From Candidatus Yonathbacteria bacterium RIFOXYD1_FULL_52_36 (GTDB lineage: Bacteria > Patescibacteriota > Minisyncoccia > Phycocordibacterales > UBA1539_B), in assembly GCA_001823605.1 (NCBI GenBank), contig MHUZ01000034.1, forward strand, positions 38,589 to 102,588: 64,000 nt of DNA, written 5' to 3'. Position numbers and translations under genes: made by a program. The notes under the pieces are model-generated. The model was given only the letters and a program-made list of their open reading frames with translations, did no database searches and was not told the origin of the DNA. Below are positions 29,065 to 39,336 of this stretch, piece by piece; positions within the stretch are counted from its first letter, which is position 1, and every line of letters begins with the position of its first letter.

Positions 29065-29700
29065 ATGAGCGAAGCAACTATTGAAATGATCATCATCGCC
29101 GCAAGCTACGGCGGCATATTCCTCATGATGATCTTGAATGGCGCGGTAAGCTTCCCCTCAAGTCAGGTCCTCTACATTTTGGTGGGGTACTTCATTGCGC
29201 GCGGAGACCTCGCGCTTGTGCCCGCGGTCATTGCAGGCAGCATCGGCAACATGATCGGCAATATGATCCTCTACGAGATCGCGCGACGCAAGGGCATCGA
29301 GTACATCACGCGCTTCAAACTCTTCCCTCCCGAGATCACTCGTCGCACTGAGATCGCATTCAAAAAACGCGGGGCGTGGTTTGTCTTTGTGGGGAAACTG
29401 CTTCCTGCGATCAAAGTGTTCGTGCCGATCCCTGCCGGTATCGGCAAAATGCACCGCGGGCTTTTTGCTGCGATCATGGTCGTTGCTACGAGTATTTGGG
29501 TACTTCCCTTCACTGCTGTGGGATACTACTTCGGAAAATCGCGTGATGTCTTTGGCGCATACGCATTCGTGCTTCTTGCGATCGCGATCGTGGTCGTCGC
29601 ACTCTTCTTCCGTTATTTAAAGAGCAGTGATGTGGAGCGAGAACTCACCGCACTCGACGAGGGAGAGAGTCGCCACACCAACACGCCGAGTGCTCCGTAG
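29065..29700 (+). CDS. DedA family membrane protein
   Basis: FPSS.., Y.IAR..G, GKLLP..K..V..PAG; alternative start at 29044. Confidence 0.85.
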   Translation: MSEATIEMIIIAASYGGIFLMMILNGAVSFPSSQVLYILVGYFIARGDLALVPAVIAGSIGNMIGNMILYEIARRKGIEYITRFKLFPPEITRRTEIAFKKRGAWFVFVGKLLPAIKVFVPIPAGIGKMHRGLFAAIMVVATSIWVLPFTAVGYYFGKSRDVFGAYAFVLLAIAIVVVALFFRYLKSSDVERELTALDEGESRHTNTPSAP

Positions 29701-31115
29701 CTGAGAGCCAGAAACCAAACAGGAAGTACCGGGGTCGTTGCGAGTGCGAACGGAAACGAACCAAACCATTCCGCCATACGGAACACATACGCGGAGAGTG
29801 CTTGTGCGAACATACCAAATGGAAACGCCAGAGCAGGAGTAATGAATCCGAGGACCCCTGCAACAAACCCCACGCCCATAATGATCGGTACTACGGGCAA
29901 CACGAGGATGTTCGTGGCGAGGCCAACCACGCTCGCATTGCCGATTGAGAATAGGAGGAGCGGGAGCACAAACACTTCTGCGGCGATCGTCCCCGCGATG
30001 ATCGTGCGTAGTCCAAACGTTTGAGGAACCCGTCCAAGTATTCGTTCAACATGCGGCGCAAACACAATGAGTCCGAGCGTCGCCATAAATGATAACTGAA
30101 ATGAAAGATCGTAAAGAAGAATATGCGGCCGATGTAAAACCATCGCCACGCCGGCGATCACGAGCCCTCGCAAAAGATCATTTGGTCGTCCGAGCGCACG
30201 CGCCAGAACCACCAAAAGCGCCATGATACTCGCGCGTACGACCGTGGACCCTGCACCGGCAAGCAGGGCGAAGAGTACAATGCTCACACTACCGGCGGCA
30301 AACGAAACTGCGCGCGGCAAAAACGCCGTCATGCGCATGAGCGCTTCAGCAACAATGGTGATGTTGTAACCCGAAAGGACGATGATGTGCACGATCCCCG
30401 CATTACGCAGGAGCTCAAGCAGGCGCTCTCCGAGCGATTGCTTCGCACCCAAGAGCATTCCTGCGACCAACGAGGATTCCGGCTCTTCAATACTACGCCC
30501 CAGCGATCCTATGAATGCACCTTTAAGGTCATACAGTGAGCGCTTGAGAGCACTCCCTCCTTCGCCGTCTTCTTGGGTCACGCGGGGAAATGCAATTTCG
30601 TATCCAATGCTGTCCTTTGCAAGGAATCGCTCGTAGTTGAACACACGCCCATCATCACCTTTAAATGATTCGGGGATTTTCAAAATTCCTTCCGCACGAA
30701 TACGATCGCCGTAGGAAAATGCGGGGTACGTCGACACTGAAATGCGCACCCGAATATCTGTTTCGGTATCTGCGACGCGTTCAGCACGAATTACCAAAAA
30801 TGTTTTTGCATCACGTTCATCGGGCTCATCAGCAACAAAACCCTGCACCGCCACGCGCGTGCCGATGAACGACTCAAGGGACACATCACGAAGCGTTCGC
30901 TCTTCATACTCGTATCGAACCGCACCCGCCATTCCGGCAACAAGAGCCCCTGAAACAAGAATGAGTGATATCGATCGTCGCGGTACCGCAAACACAAGCG
31001 CAAGCGCTGCCGCTACGGCAAGCACTTTCAAGAGAACCATTCCGCCTAAAAGCGTCTGCACAAGCACGCCACCAATGAACCCTGCGCAAAGTAGTGCGAG
31101 GATCCGATCGCGCAT
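29613..31115 (-). CDS. comEC: ComEC competence channel (DUF4131 + competence domains)
   Basis: G..HIIVLSGYNI, VRASIM, SFQLSF.AT. Confidence 0.92.
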   Translation of the reverse strand: MRDRILALLCAGFIGGVLVQTLLGGMVLLKVLAVAAALALVFAVPRRSISLILVSGALVAGMAGAVRYEYEERTLRDVSLESFIGTRVAVQGFVADEPDERDAKTFLVIRAERVADTETDIRVRISVSTYPAFSYGDRIRAEGILKIPESFKGDDGRVFNYERFLAKDSIGYEIAFPRVTQEDGEGGSALKRSLYDLKGAFIGSLGRSIEEPESSLVAGMLLGAKQSLGERLLELLRNAGIVHIIVLSGYNITIVAEALMRMTAFLPRAVSFAAGSVSIVLFALLAGAGSTVVRASIMALLVVLARALGRPNDLLRGLVIAGVAMVLHRPHILLYDLSFQLSFMATLGLIVFAPHVERILGRVPQTFGLRTIIAGTIAAEVFVLPLLLFSIGNASVVGLATNILVLPVVPIIMGVGFVAGVLGFITPALAFPFGMFAQALSAYVFRMAEWFGSFPFALATTPVLPVWFLALSYGALGVLVWRLSPSSSAVSSRSTSLLFK

Positions 31116-31117
31116 AC

Positions 31118-31837
31118 CTACGCGTTCCGTGCACCCCACGCTTGGGCGATCGCACGCTCGTCATCAGCAGAAAATGCTTTTTTGAATCTCGCCCCTTTCA
31201 CTCCTTTCACTCGCTTCTCGCATTCCGCCCAACTGGTGTGACGCATAAAATGTCCATCAACAAAACTTACGTATGAAAATGCTTTGGCACGGGAACGTTC
31301 GCGCGTAGCCGAACGTGCTTTCTGTTTTTCCTCATCGTACGAAACATTCAAAATATCCGGTGAATACTTTTCAAGTGACCCATGATATAGGTTCGGAATA
31401 TCGTCATCAGCAAATGCGGTCGCAATCTCATCGGCACGTTCATTCCCCGGAAGACCCGCGTGCCCCGAAATGCGGTTCCACGTGATCGAGAGCGGTGTGG
31501 CAACTTCATCGAGGCGTTCCCAGAGATCTCGATTTTCCACCGGCGTCTTTGTGCTCGTGATCCAATTGTTGCGCTTCCATCCTTTCACCCATTTCGTGAT
31601 GCCATTCACCACATAGCTTGAATCCACGTACATAATGACGGGCTTACTCTTTCCCTTCACATGCGCGAGCGCTTCAATGGCTGCCAAGAGCTCCATCTTG
31701 TTGTTCGTCGTGTGTTTATCCCCGCCGCCAAGCTCGGTGACCGTTTCACCATCCACCACAATAGACCCCCACCCGCCAGGCCCGGGATTCCCGCGCGAAC
31801 TGCCGTCGGTGAAAATAACAATAGAGGTATCGCTCAT
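31118..31837 (-). CDS. rnhA: Ribonuclease HI with C-terminal viroplasmin-like domain
   Basis: FTDGSSRGNPGPGGW, TTNNKMEL, GHAG..GNERAD; C-terminal SWAECEKRVKG...FKK. Confidence 0.93.
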   Translation of the reverse strand: MSDTSIVIFTDGSSRGNPGPGGWGSIVVDGETVTELGGGDKHTTNNKMELLAAIEALAHVKGKSKPVIMYVDSSYVVNGITKWVKGWKRNNWITSTKTPVENRDLWERLDEVATPLSITWNRISGHAGLPGNERADEIATAFADDDIPNLYHGSLEKYSPDILNVSYDEEKQKARSATRERSRAKAFSYVSFVDGHFMRHTSWAECEKRVKGVKGARFKKAFSADDERAIAQAWGARNA

Positions 31838-31902
31838 ATAGCAATCAATATACCACGCGCAAAAGAAAACCCGCGGCAAGCCGCGGGGGAAACCATAAGA
31901 TT

Positions 31903-32589
31903 TCATTGTAAATTCGATACGGTGTCCTGAATTAAGTATCGTTCAATGACCACGCGTTCAGAGGTAGTGAATAGATCACCCTGTTTCTCTAAAAGAGACC
32001 TGCTGAGGTTTACGAGCGCCACGCCTTTCACGTTGTGGATACTTAATCTATCGTATCCGGACCCTGACCATTCGCCGTTGCAGATCTTCTTGAAGAGGAT
32101 CGCACGGATGTTGGTCCCTGAAATTGCGATACCAAGTGCGTCCATCACCCCGCTTCGATCATAGCGATCGTACATGCTGTTAGGGATGGGATCATCGTGC
32201 CAGGTTGCCCCCGGGTACCACGAACTGGGATCGAAGTAATCGCGATAGTTATATATCAACCCAGGAACTTCGACCTGAAACAGTTCCGCATGTTCCAGGG
32301 ACGTCGCATGCCCTATCCATATCCGCCACGAAGGGTCAAAGAAGATCGTTTTATCCTTCCACAATCCAAATCGTGATTCCACCGTTCTGTCGAAGGTGAG
32401 TCCGACGCATGACTCGAACCCTGTCGGCAATTTTTTTGTTTCCAAAATGCCGTGCAGGGTGGCTTCGAATCGTACCGGATCTACCGGATCACCCGGTTGT
32501 GTTAGCGTGCACCGGATCCATGCCCGCCCAAGGCCTCGGAGCATCTGTTCCGCCTTAGCCCGACCATTTGCTGTTGCGATCTCGTTCAT
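31903..32589 (-). CDS. Orphan hypothetical protein (228 aa)
   Basis: GGGGAGGT SD; TTGCGT...TATAAT promoter. Confidence 0.7.
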   Translation of the reverse strand: MNEIATANGRAKAEQMLRGLGRAWIRCTLTQPGDPVDPVRFEATLHGILETKKLPTGFESCVGLTFDRTVESRFGLWKDKTIFFDPSWRIWIGHATSLEHAELFQVEVPGLIYNYRDYFDPSSWYPGATWHDDPIPNSMYDRYDRSGVMDALGIAISGTNIRAILFKKICNGEWSGSGYDRLSIHNVKGVALVNLSRSLLEKQGDLFTTSERVVIERYLIQDTVSNLQ

Positions 32590-32658
32590 GCCACAACCTC
32601 CCCTATAAAGTCTCTGGGCATTATACAGAGATACTGATAGGACGCAATCAAAACCCCG

Positions 32659-32997
32659 CTATGAAGCGGGGCAATAGAGGTGCTGTATTGAAAGAACGGA
32701 GCGCCGGTGAATGTGTTCTAAAATCCCCCAACGATCTGGAACGGGGATCGAGTATATGAACCACCCGAGCCGTGGTGCAATAAGAATAGTTCTTCCATGA
32801 AGAATGGTGCCATCTTTGTGCGTAAATACACCCAGTTCGAACTGGTCACCAAGATCAGCAACCCACTCCACTTTTACAAACCACGAATGAGTCGGATCAT
32901 CGCAAAACAATATTTTAAGGATACTTCCTGGGCAACACGAGCCTAGCGTGTTCATTGCACGATTAAATTCTGGGTTTACTTGCCTTTTCTTGAGCAT
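32659..32997 (-). CDS. Orphan hypothetical protein (112 aa)
   Basis: GAGGAGG SD; TTGACA-N17-TACAAC promoter. Confidence 0.6.
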   Translation of the reverse strand: MLKKRQVNPEFNRAMNTLGSCCPGSILKILFCDDPTHSWFVKVEWVADLGDQFELGVFTHKDGTILHGRTILIAPRLGWFIYSIPVPDRWGILEHIHRRSVLSIQHLYCPAS

Positions 32998-33085
32998 TCG
33001 GAACCCTCCTCACCATAATCATTTCCATCTCTGCCCTCGTTGTACTATCGTTCAAAAAGCATGTCAATACAGTGAACTGGCCTCC

Positions 33086-34762
33086 TTACATTACGTCCAT
33101 GATGCGCAGCCGCAATTCCGGTCGGCCGCGGAACATCGACTTCTCAAGTGTTGCGTAGAGATCTATCCGTGCACCCGCCACCGGTTTTACTTTGAACGAT
33201 TCATCGGTCGCAAAAAATCCGATCGCAGAAACTTTTTGTCCACGACCGTTACGAAATGAGAGCTCGAGGTGATTTTTTTCTTTCCCGAACATGCGCACCT
33301 CAAACACCTCAATGCCTTTGAGTACAAATATTGGTTTAGGATTCTCTACACCGAATGGTGCGAGTTTTTCAACGACATCCCACGTCTTCCATGCCACATC
33401 ATCAATCGTCAGTTCTGCATCCGCAATGATCGCACGATCATCTGCCGTCTTTTTTTCGAGCCGTTCATACGCTTCCAGGATCGCATCTTCCAAAAAATGT
33501 ACGTTCTCGTGTGATACCGAGAATCCGCCCGAGTATTCGTGCCCTCCAACATTCAAGAAAAATCCTTCGCGCACCGAGGTCATGAGCTTCACCACATTGA
33601 TCGATCCGTCAGAACGACATGAGCCCTTGATGTGCTCGCTCTCTGCTCGTCCCCACACGAATGCCGGACGCCCATAATCTTCCATGAGCTTGTTCGCGGC
33701 GAGCCCCAAGACGCCTGGACGCCACAGGGGATTTCCTACCACGATCACCTTGCGGAGTTCGCGCATTTCAAGATTGTGTCGCGCCTCCTTGATCATAGTG
33801 GCCACGATTCCCTTACGCGTATCATTAAGGCTGTTTAGATGATTCGCCAGATGCTCAGCGCGCGCAGGATCAGTGGTTGAGAGCAGCTCAAACGCCTCGA
33901 ACGGAGTGCTCATGCGCGATGCAGCATTGATACGCGGTGCGATCATGAATCCCACATCGTCTTCAGCAAGATATGCCTGAGAAACACCTGCTTTCTGTAA
34001 AAGTATTTTGAGCCCGGGGCGCTTGCTCTTACGAAGCACCTTCAGTCCAAAGTATGCAAGTGCACGATTCTCTTTTTTGAGCGGCACCATGTCTGCAATA
34101 GTGGAAAGTCCCGCCATGTCCAAAAGCCATTTCTCAAACCCTTCCGGAATTTTTGCACGAAGTTCCGCTGGTGCACGGGCAATGAGTGCCTGCGAAAGTT
34201 TCCATGCAACACCCGCGCCGCAGAGCATGTTGTCGGGATATGTGTCACCTTCTTGTTTTGAATTAAGGATCGTATACGCGGGCGGAAGCACTTCTTGTGG
34301 TAAGTGGTGGTCCGTCACAATGACATCGACCCCGAGCTCCTGCGCACGGGTTACTGACACCACGTCCGCAATACCGCAATCAACCGTGATGATGAGCTTC
34401 ACGCCCTCGTCGGCAAATTTCTCAACTGCGTTCAAGTTGAGGCCATACCCTTCCTCGTGACGATGCGGAATATAGTTCTTGAAGTGCGGATATTCGAATT
34501 TTTTTAGCATATCGTGGAGCACGACCGAGCCAGGGATGCCATCGCAATCGTAGTCCCCATAGACAACAATGCTTTCATTGCGCTCCATTGCGGAAAAAAT
34601 ACGCTCCACCGCACGCTCCATATTAAGGATCCCGAACGGATCGCCAATGTCGCGCTCATAGGAAGGGTTCAAAAACACTTCGGCTTCTGCTGTATTAGTG
34701 ATTCCCCGCTTGCGAAGAAGCGTCGCGAGAAGTGGCGGATATCCCGCGAGATCGTCAGTCAT
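33086..34762 (-). CDS. recJ: Single-stranded DNA exonuclease RecJ
   Basis: YGDYDCDG, ITVDCG, TDHH, PRINA, GGH. Confidence 0.96.
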   Translation of the reverse strand: MTDDLAGYPPLLATLLRKRGITNTAEAEVFLNPSYERDIGDPFGILNMERAVERIFSAMERNESIVVYGDYDCDGIPGSVVLHDMLKKFEYPHFKNYIPHRHEEGYGLNLNAVEKFADEGVKLIITVDCGIADVVSVTRAQELGVDVIVTDHHLPQEVLPPAYTILNSKQEGDTYPDNMLCGAGVAWKLSQALIARAPAELRAKIPEGFEKWLLDMAGLSTIADMVPLKKENRALAYFGLKVLRKSKRPGLKILLQKAGVSQAYLAEDDVGFMIAPRINAASRMSTPFEAFELLSTTDPARAEHLANHLNSLNDTRKGIVATMIKEARHNLEMRELRKVIVVGNPLWRPGVLGLAANKLMEDYGRPAFVWGRAESEHIKGSCRSDGSINVVKLMTSVREGFFLNVGGHEYSGGFSVSHENVHFLEDAILEAYERLEKKTADDRAIIADAELTIDDVAWKTWDVVEKLAPFGVENPKPIFVLKGIEVFEVRMFGKEKNHLELSFRNGRGQKVSAIGFFATDESFKVKPVAGARIDLYATLEKSMFRGRPELRLRIMDVM

Positions 34763-34802
34763 GGAGCGCATTGTAGCACATACCACATGGTATACTTTTC
34801 CC

Positions 34803-35219
34803 ATGCATAACGATTGCTTATTTTGCAAGATAATCGCGGGAGAGATCCCCTCCACAAAAGTGTACGATGACGAGCACGTACTCGTATTTCTTGATATTCA
34901 CCCCGTGAACATCGGGCACACACTCGTAATCCCAAAAACACATCACACAAACCTCTATGAAACGCCTGATGAAATACTTGCGCATCTCGCCATCATCGTC
35001 AAAAAACTTTCAATCGCAGTCAAAGAGGCAGTCAGTGCTGACGGCATCAACATTGAAATGAACAACGACCCCGTTGCAGGGCAGATCATCTTTCATGCGC
35101 ACATCCACATCGTTCCGCGCTTCGCAGGCGACGGCTTCACTCACTGGCAAGGCGCACGGGATTATGCAGAAGGTGAGTCCGAAACTATTGCAAAAAAAAT
35201 ACACGCACGTCTCAAGTAA
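34803..35219 (+). CDS. HIT family protein
   Basis: DCLFCKI, GHTLVIPK, HAHIHIVPR. Confidence 0.95.
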   Translation: MHNDCLFCKIIAGEIPSTKVYDDEHVLVFLDIHPVNIGHTLVIPKTHHTNLYETPDEILAHLAIIVKKLSIAVKEAVSADGINIEMNNDPVAGQIIFHAHIHIVPRFAGDGFTHWQGARDYAEGESETIAKKIHARLK

Positions 35220-35222
35220 TCA

Positions 35223-35432
35223 CTACGGTAACTGGTCCATTACTGCATTCTCTTCTGCGGCGCGGGAATCAAGGATCATTTTGATCTCTTTGCTCTGCTC
35301 AACCCCTTCGATTCCCTGTTCAAGTCGACCATTCTCTTTTGTCTCTTCTTTTAAATAAAGCCCAATAAGCAACAGGGTGATGGCAAGTGCAACAAGAGAC
35401 CCAGCGCCAACTGTTTTGAATTGCGTTCCCAT
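35223..35432 (-). CDS. Small single-TM protein
   Basis: 69-aa ORF directly after pgk with one hydrophobic helix. Confidence 0.55.
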   Translation of the reverse strand: MGTQFKTVGAGSLVALAITLLLIGLYLKEETKENGRLEQGIEGVEQSKEIKMILDSRAAEENAVMDQLP

Positions 35433-35440
35433 ACCTATCT

Positions 35441-36583
35441 TTATTTGCGTGTGCGTTTTTTTATGATCGCATCGATGCCGGGAAGTTTTCCGTCGGCCAA
35501 ATAATCAAGCATTGCCCCGCCGCCTGTTGAAACAAACGTGAACGATCCTTCGAGTTTTAGTTTTTCAATGAGCGCGATCGTATCGCCACCACCCAAAATG
35601 GTCTTCCCGCGCGCCTTGGCAAGAATTTTCAACAGCGTATCCGTACCCTCTTCAAATCCTTCTTCGTAATTTCCCAAGGGGCCATTCCAAACCACAAGTT
35701 TTGCCTTGCGGATCACCTCTTCTAGTGCGCGGAGCGTTGCCGGACCTGCGTCGAGGATCCTATCGCCTTTCTCTATATGGTCAGCGCGCCGTACCGCACG
35801 ATTCTGTGTTTTATCAAGCACTACCACATCCACCGGAAGCACCACGTTCTTTTTCTTGAAAAGCGGACGGAGGCCGAATGTTCCTTTCTCCACGAATGAC
35901 TTCCCGATCTGCATTCCTTCCTCTTTGAAAAAATTGTTCGCCAGTGCGCCGCCAACGAACACCGTGTCCGCAAGTCGCGTAAACTTTTTCATGAGGGGCA
36001 TCTTGGTCGAAACCTTGGCGCCACCGGTCACAAACACGAACGGGTGGGCTGGCTTGAGTGCCATTGAGAGATGTTTTAATTCATCAAGAAACAAAAAGCC
36101 GAACGCGGAAGGCAGAAGCTTGGGAAGCCCCACGATCGACGCGTGTTCGCGGTGCGACGCAGAGAATGCATCGTTTATGTAGTAGTCACCGAATGAAGCA
36201 AGAAGCTCTGCGAGCGCGGGATCGTTCTTTTCTTCGCGTGCATCTATCCGCAAGTTCTCGAACACCACCACGCTCCCTTCTTTCATGTGCGCCACCACAT
36301 CACGTGCTTCTTGGGTACGAAAATCAGGAACGAACCCAATATCAAACTCTCGCTTTAGGTACGCAACCACGGGGCGCAGACTTGATTCTTTCCCTTTGCC
36401 GATATGGCTCAACACGATCACCTTCGCTTTTTTCTTGCGCAAATATTCGATGGTCGGAAGTGAACGGCGGATGCGGTAATCTTCAACAAGCGCATTGCCT
36501 TCCATGGGCACATTCCAATCAGCGCGCACGATCACGCGCTTGCCTTTCAGATCCTTAAGGTCTCGTGGTGAGGGGAAATTCAT
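35441..36583 (-). CDS. pgk: Phosphoglycerate kinase
   Basis: RADWNVP, ENLR, GGAKVSTK, WNGPLG, STGGGA. Confidence 0.97.
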   Translation of the reverse strand: MNFPSPRDLKDLKGKRVIVRADWNVPMEGNALVEDYRIRRSLPTIEYLRKKKAKVIVLSHIGKGKESSLRPVVAYLKREFDIGFVPDFRTQEARDVVAHMKEGSVVVFENLRIDAREEKNDPALAELLASFGDYYINDAFSASHREHASIVGLPKLLPSAFGFLFLDELKHLSMALKPAHPFVFVTGGAKVSTKMPLMKKFTRLADTVFVGGALANNFFKEEGMQIGKSFVEKGTFGLRPLFKKKNVVLPVDVVVLDKTQNRAVRRADHIEKGDRILDAGPATLRALEEVIRKAKLVVWNGPLGNYEEGFEEGTDTLLKILAKARGKTILGGGDTIALIEKLKLEGSFTFVSTGGGAMLDYLADGKLPGIDAIIKKRTRK

Positions 36584-36594
36584 AGTGTAAAAAC

Positions 36595-37356
36595 TTATAT
36601 GCCGGTATTGGCTGTGCGCACGATCCCACCGAACGTCTTCGCCGAAAGGCTTGCGCGGCCAACGAGGAGTCCGTCCATTCCTGCATCAAACAAAAAATCT
36701 TTCGCGTTCTTCTCGTCAACAGAACCGCCGTAGAGGATCGGTATCGATTCTGCAACAGGACGGGTGAACAGGTGCGCCAATGTGCGACGGATCACGATCG
36801 CCATTTCGAGGCCTTCTTCTTTGGTGGCGGAACGTTTCGCCTGCTTGCCGATCGCCCAGATCGGCTCATACGCCACCACCACGTGCGAAGCATCAACACG
36901 CGGGAGTCCTTTGAGCGCTGCGGTAAGTTGTGCGGTTACGAACGAAATATGCTCGCCCTCGCCGGCGCGTTCACGTTCTCCGACACAAAGGATCGGGATA
37001 AGCTTTGCGGCAAGTGCGGCCTTTACCTTGCGGGCGATGTCTTCGTCGGACTCACCCCGCGCGCGGCGTTCGGAGTGTCCGACGATCACCATTTTTGCTC
37101 CGCTGTTTGCAATCATCGCGCCCGACGCCTCCCCGGTAAATGCGCCCTCCTTTTCCCAAAAAAGATCTTGAGCGCCCAGCGAAACTTTTTTTTCTTTGAG
37201 CGCCGCGAGCGGGTTCAGATACATATCCGGCGCACACACCGCAACAGAGGCTTTTGTAATAGTACGCGCTTCACGTACCACATCTTTAAAAAGTTTTACC
37301 GCGTCCCGCGTCGTCTGCGGGTTCATCTTCCAGTTACCGACGATCAGTTTTTTCAT
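36595..37356 (-). CDS. tpiA: Triosephosphate isomerase
   Basis: GNWKMN, GHSERR, AYEPIWAIG, YGGSV. Confidence 0.98.
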   Translation of the reverse strand: MKKLIVGNWKMNPQTTRDAVKLFKDVVREARTITKASVAVCAPDMYLNPLAALKEKKVSLGAQDLFWEKEGAFTGEASGAMIANSGAKMVIVGHSERRARGESDEDIARKVKAALAAKLIPILCVGERERAGEGEHISFVTAQLTAALKGLPRVDASHVVVAYEPIWAIGKQAKRSATKEEGLEMAIVIRRTLAHLFTRPVAESIPILYGGSVDEKNAKDFLFDAGMDGLLVGRASLSAKTFGGIVRTANTGI

Positions 37357-37382
37357 GGTTCTATCTTACCACAGAGGCATAC

Positions 37383-37503
37383 GGGTGGGCATTTTTGCGT
37401 GATATGCGCGAAGCCGTCGAGTACCGAACCGAGGCATACTGAAGCGGTATGGTGAGGGAGGAACGGAGACGGCGACAAAGCAGATCGCCAAAAATGCCCG
37501 CCC
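37383..37503. other. Structured ~120-bp intergenic element with terminal inverted repeats
   Basis: GGGTGGGCATTTTTG...CAAAAATGCCCGCCC with nested GCCGTC/GACGGC and CATAC/GTATG stems. Confidence 0.6.
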
Positions 37504-37508
37504 CTATA

Positions 37509-39332
37509 TTATTCGACTTCTTTCCATGAGGAAACATTCCACCCCCCGCCCGGCCCCGAAGAAAAGGTCGTATCCGCAACGCCTTGCTCGTAGGTAATGA
37601 CCGCATTGTTTGAAATATTGAGTTTATACCCCACCACCGCTTTCATGTCCGCGTTGTTCGCAACATTGATCATTGAGTCGGTCGTATAGAAAACGGCACC
37701 GGTAAGGTTGTTGCCGAGGTTGATGCCTGAATATCCGGATGCGCACCCTGAGGCAGTCGTTCCGTTACACCCCTCTTTGGTGGACACCGCGAGAAGATAG
37801 CTCCCCGTCTGCCCTGATCCGGCAAATGTCGCGTTGTTGTTGCCATCAATGTATCCATCGGCGAGGAGTACGCAACTATCAGCGCCAAACGTCACATCGC
37901 AGCGAATAGTTGATCCGTTCTCTACGGTAATGTTCCCCTGCACATACACCACCCCCGTGAGATTCATGGTCTCTCCGTTCGTGACCGAAAGATTCCCCGT
38001 GATACGCGCAGGGCCGATCGAGATCGTCCCACCACCGGAACATCCCGCAACGCCGCCCGTATCACCACAGTTACCACTGTACGTTACGCCTGCTGTAGCA
38101 TCAGTTTTCCATTGTTCAATGTTGCCGTCTGAGAGCGGCATATTGAGCGGCGAGGGATCTGCCTGTGATGTGTTGCACGCTTTATTATTGCTTGATCCGC
38201 TCTGACAGTAGAGTGAGCCAGTGATCGTGCTATTGGTAACGGTGTTCGCACGCGCTGCGGCACCAATATCAACATTGTTGATGATCCCCGGACCTCCTCC
38301 TAGGTATGTCTTGAAAGCGAAATCCCCCGTGATTGCCGCAGACCATGCGCTGCCACTACTCCAGCTCGCGCGGTACTTGCCCACACCATTACCGAATCCG
38401 TTATTGCTGTCCTTGCACCAGATAAAATAATTTGTGGTATTAGCACCATCGTCATCGAGAATGATCCAATAGGTATTTCCACCAACAAGACTTGCGGGCG
38501 AAGAGAACGTAACATCAACCCAGCCGTAGGTGGTGGTTATCAAACTTGTCTGAAGCGTAGCGCTTGCGAGTGTCGTTGTGTTGGGTACACCACTTCCATT
38601 ATCTGCGACGACACGGATCGTCTGGTTCCCCGGACTGCCAGTCTTTTTTATATACAAACTTACTTTGTACAGCGGCTTGGAATCGGCGGGAGAAAAACTT
38701 TGTGCAAAGTCGATCTCGGGGCTTGTGCGCGCAATGTTTTGATCAAGGTTACACACCGTCGACTGCGCTTGCACATCCTCCTCAACGCTTGTTGCCACCA
38801 CCGCATCGCCAGTCACTTCGGCACCATTCGCGCCCGTGATCGGCCCGTTCGAGTATACGTTTCCTACCGCGCCGCCAGTCCCCTCAATACTTGAATTTCC
38901 CCCCATGACAATCCCTCCATCACCCACCTGCGCCCCATAGGCAAAGTCAGAACCGACGCCGGCACTGACGACAAGTTTTACGTTGCGATCATTACTGCCC
39001 ACTGCGCCCGATGCCAAGATCTCTTTTTGCGTACCACTCACGGCCGTCACGGCGACCGAAACTGTTCCGCCATTGAGCGCGAGTACTTCCGGGCTCGAAA
39101 GGAGCATCGCTTCCTTGGTGCGATAGTATGCATCTTCGATCCCCGCATCAGAAGTGTAGTAAGAACTCTTTGACTTCATCAACGTCTGCGCATTTTTGAG
39201 ATCACGTACCACCGGCGACATTGAGCCCAAAACGATCGCGATCGATACGATCAAGAAAAACAGGACAGTGATCGTGAGCGCCGCACCACGTGTGTACACC
39301 ATTCTTTTCTGTTGTTGTTTTGATAGGGTCAT
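37509..39332 (-). CDS. PilX-like minor pilin with large C-terminal beta domains
   Basis: RG|AAL leader without E5, ..Y.SDAGIEDA helix, Gly-rich beta repeats, terminal SWKEVE. Confidence 0.75.
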   Translation of the reverse strand: MTLSKQQQKRMVYTRGAALTITVLFFLIVSIAIVLGSMSPVVRDLKNAQTLMKSKSSYYTSDAGIEDAYYRTKEAMLLSSPEVLALNGGTVSVAVTAVSGTQKEILASGAVGSNDRNVKLVVSAGVGSDFAYGAQVGDGGIVMGGNSSIEGTGGAVGNVYSNGPITGANGAEVTGDAVVATSVEEDVQAQSTVCNLDQNIARTSPEIDFAQSFSPADSKPLYKVSLYIKKTGSPGNQTIRVVADNGSGVPNTTTLASATLQTSLITTTYGWVDVTFSSPASLVGGNTYWIILDDDGANTTNYFIWCKDSNNGFGNGVGKYRASWSSGSAWSAAITGDFAFKTYLGGGPGIINNVDIGAAARANTVTNSTITGSLYCQSGSSNNKACNTSQADPSPLNMPLSDGNIEQWKTDATAGVTYSGNCGDTGGVAGCSGGGTISIGPARITGNLSVTNGETMNLTGVVYVQGNITVENGSTIRCDVTFGADSCVLLADGYIDGNNNATFAGSGQTGSYLLAVSTKEGCNGTTASGCASGYSGINLGNNLTGAVFYTTDSMINVANNADMKAVVGYKLNISNNAVITYEQGVADTTFSSGPGGGWNVSSWKEVE

Positions 39333-39336
39333 ACTA

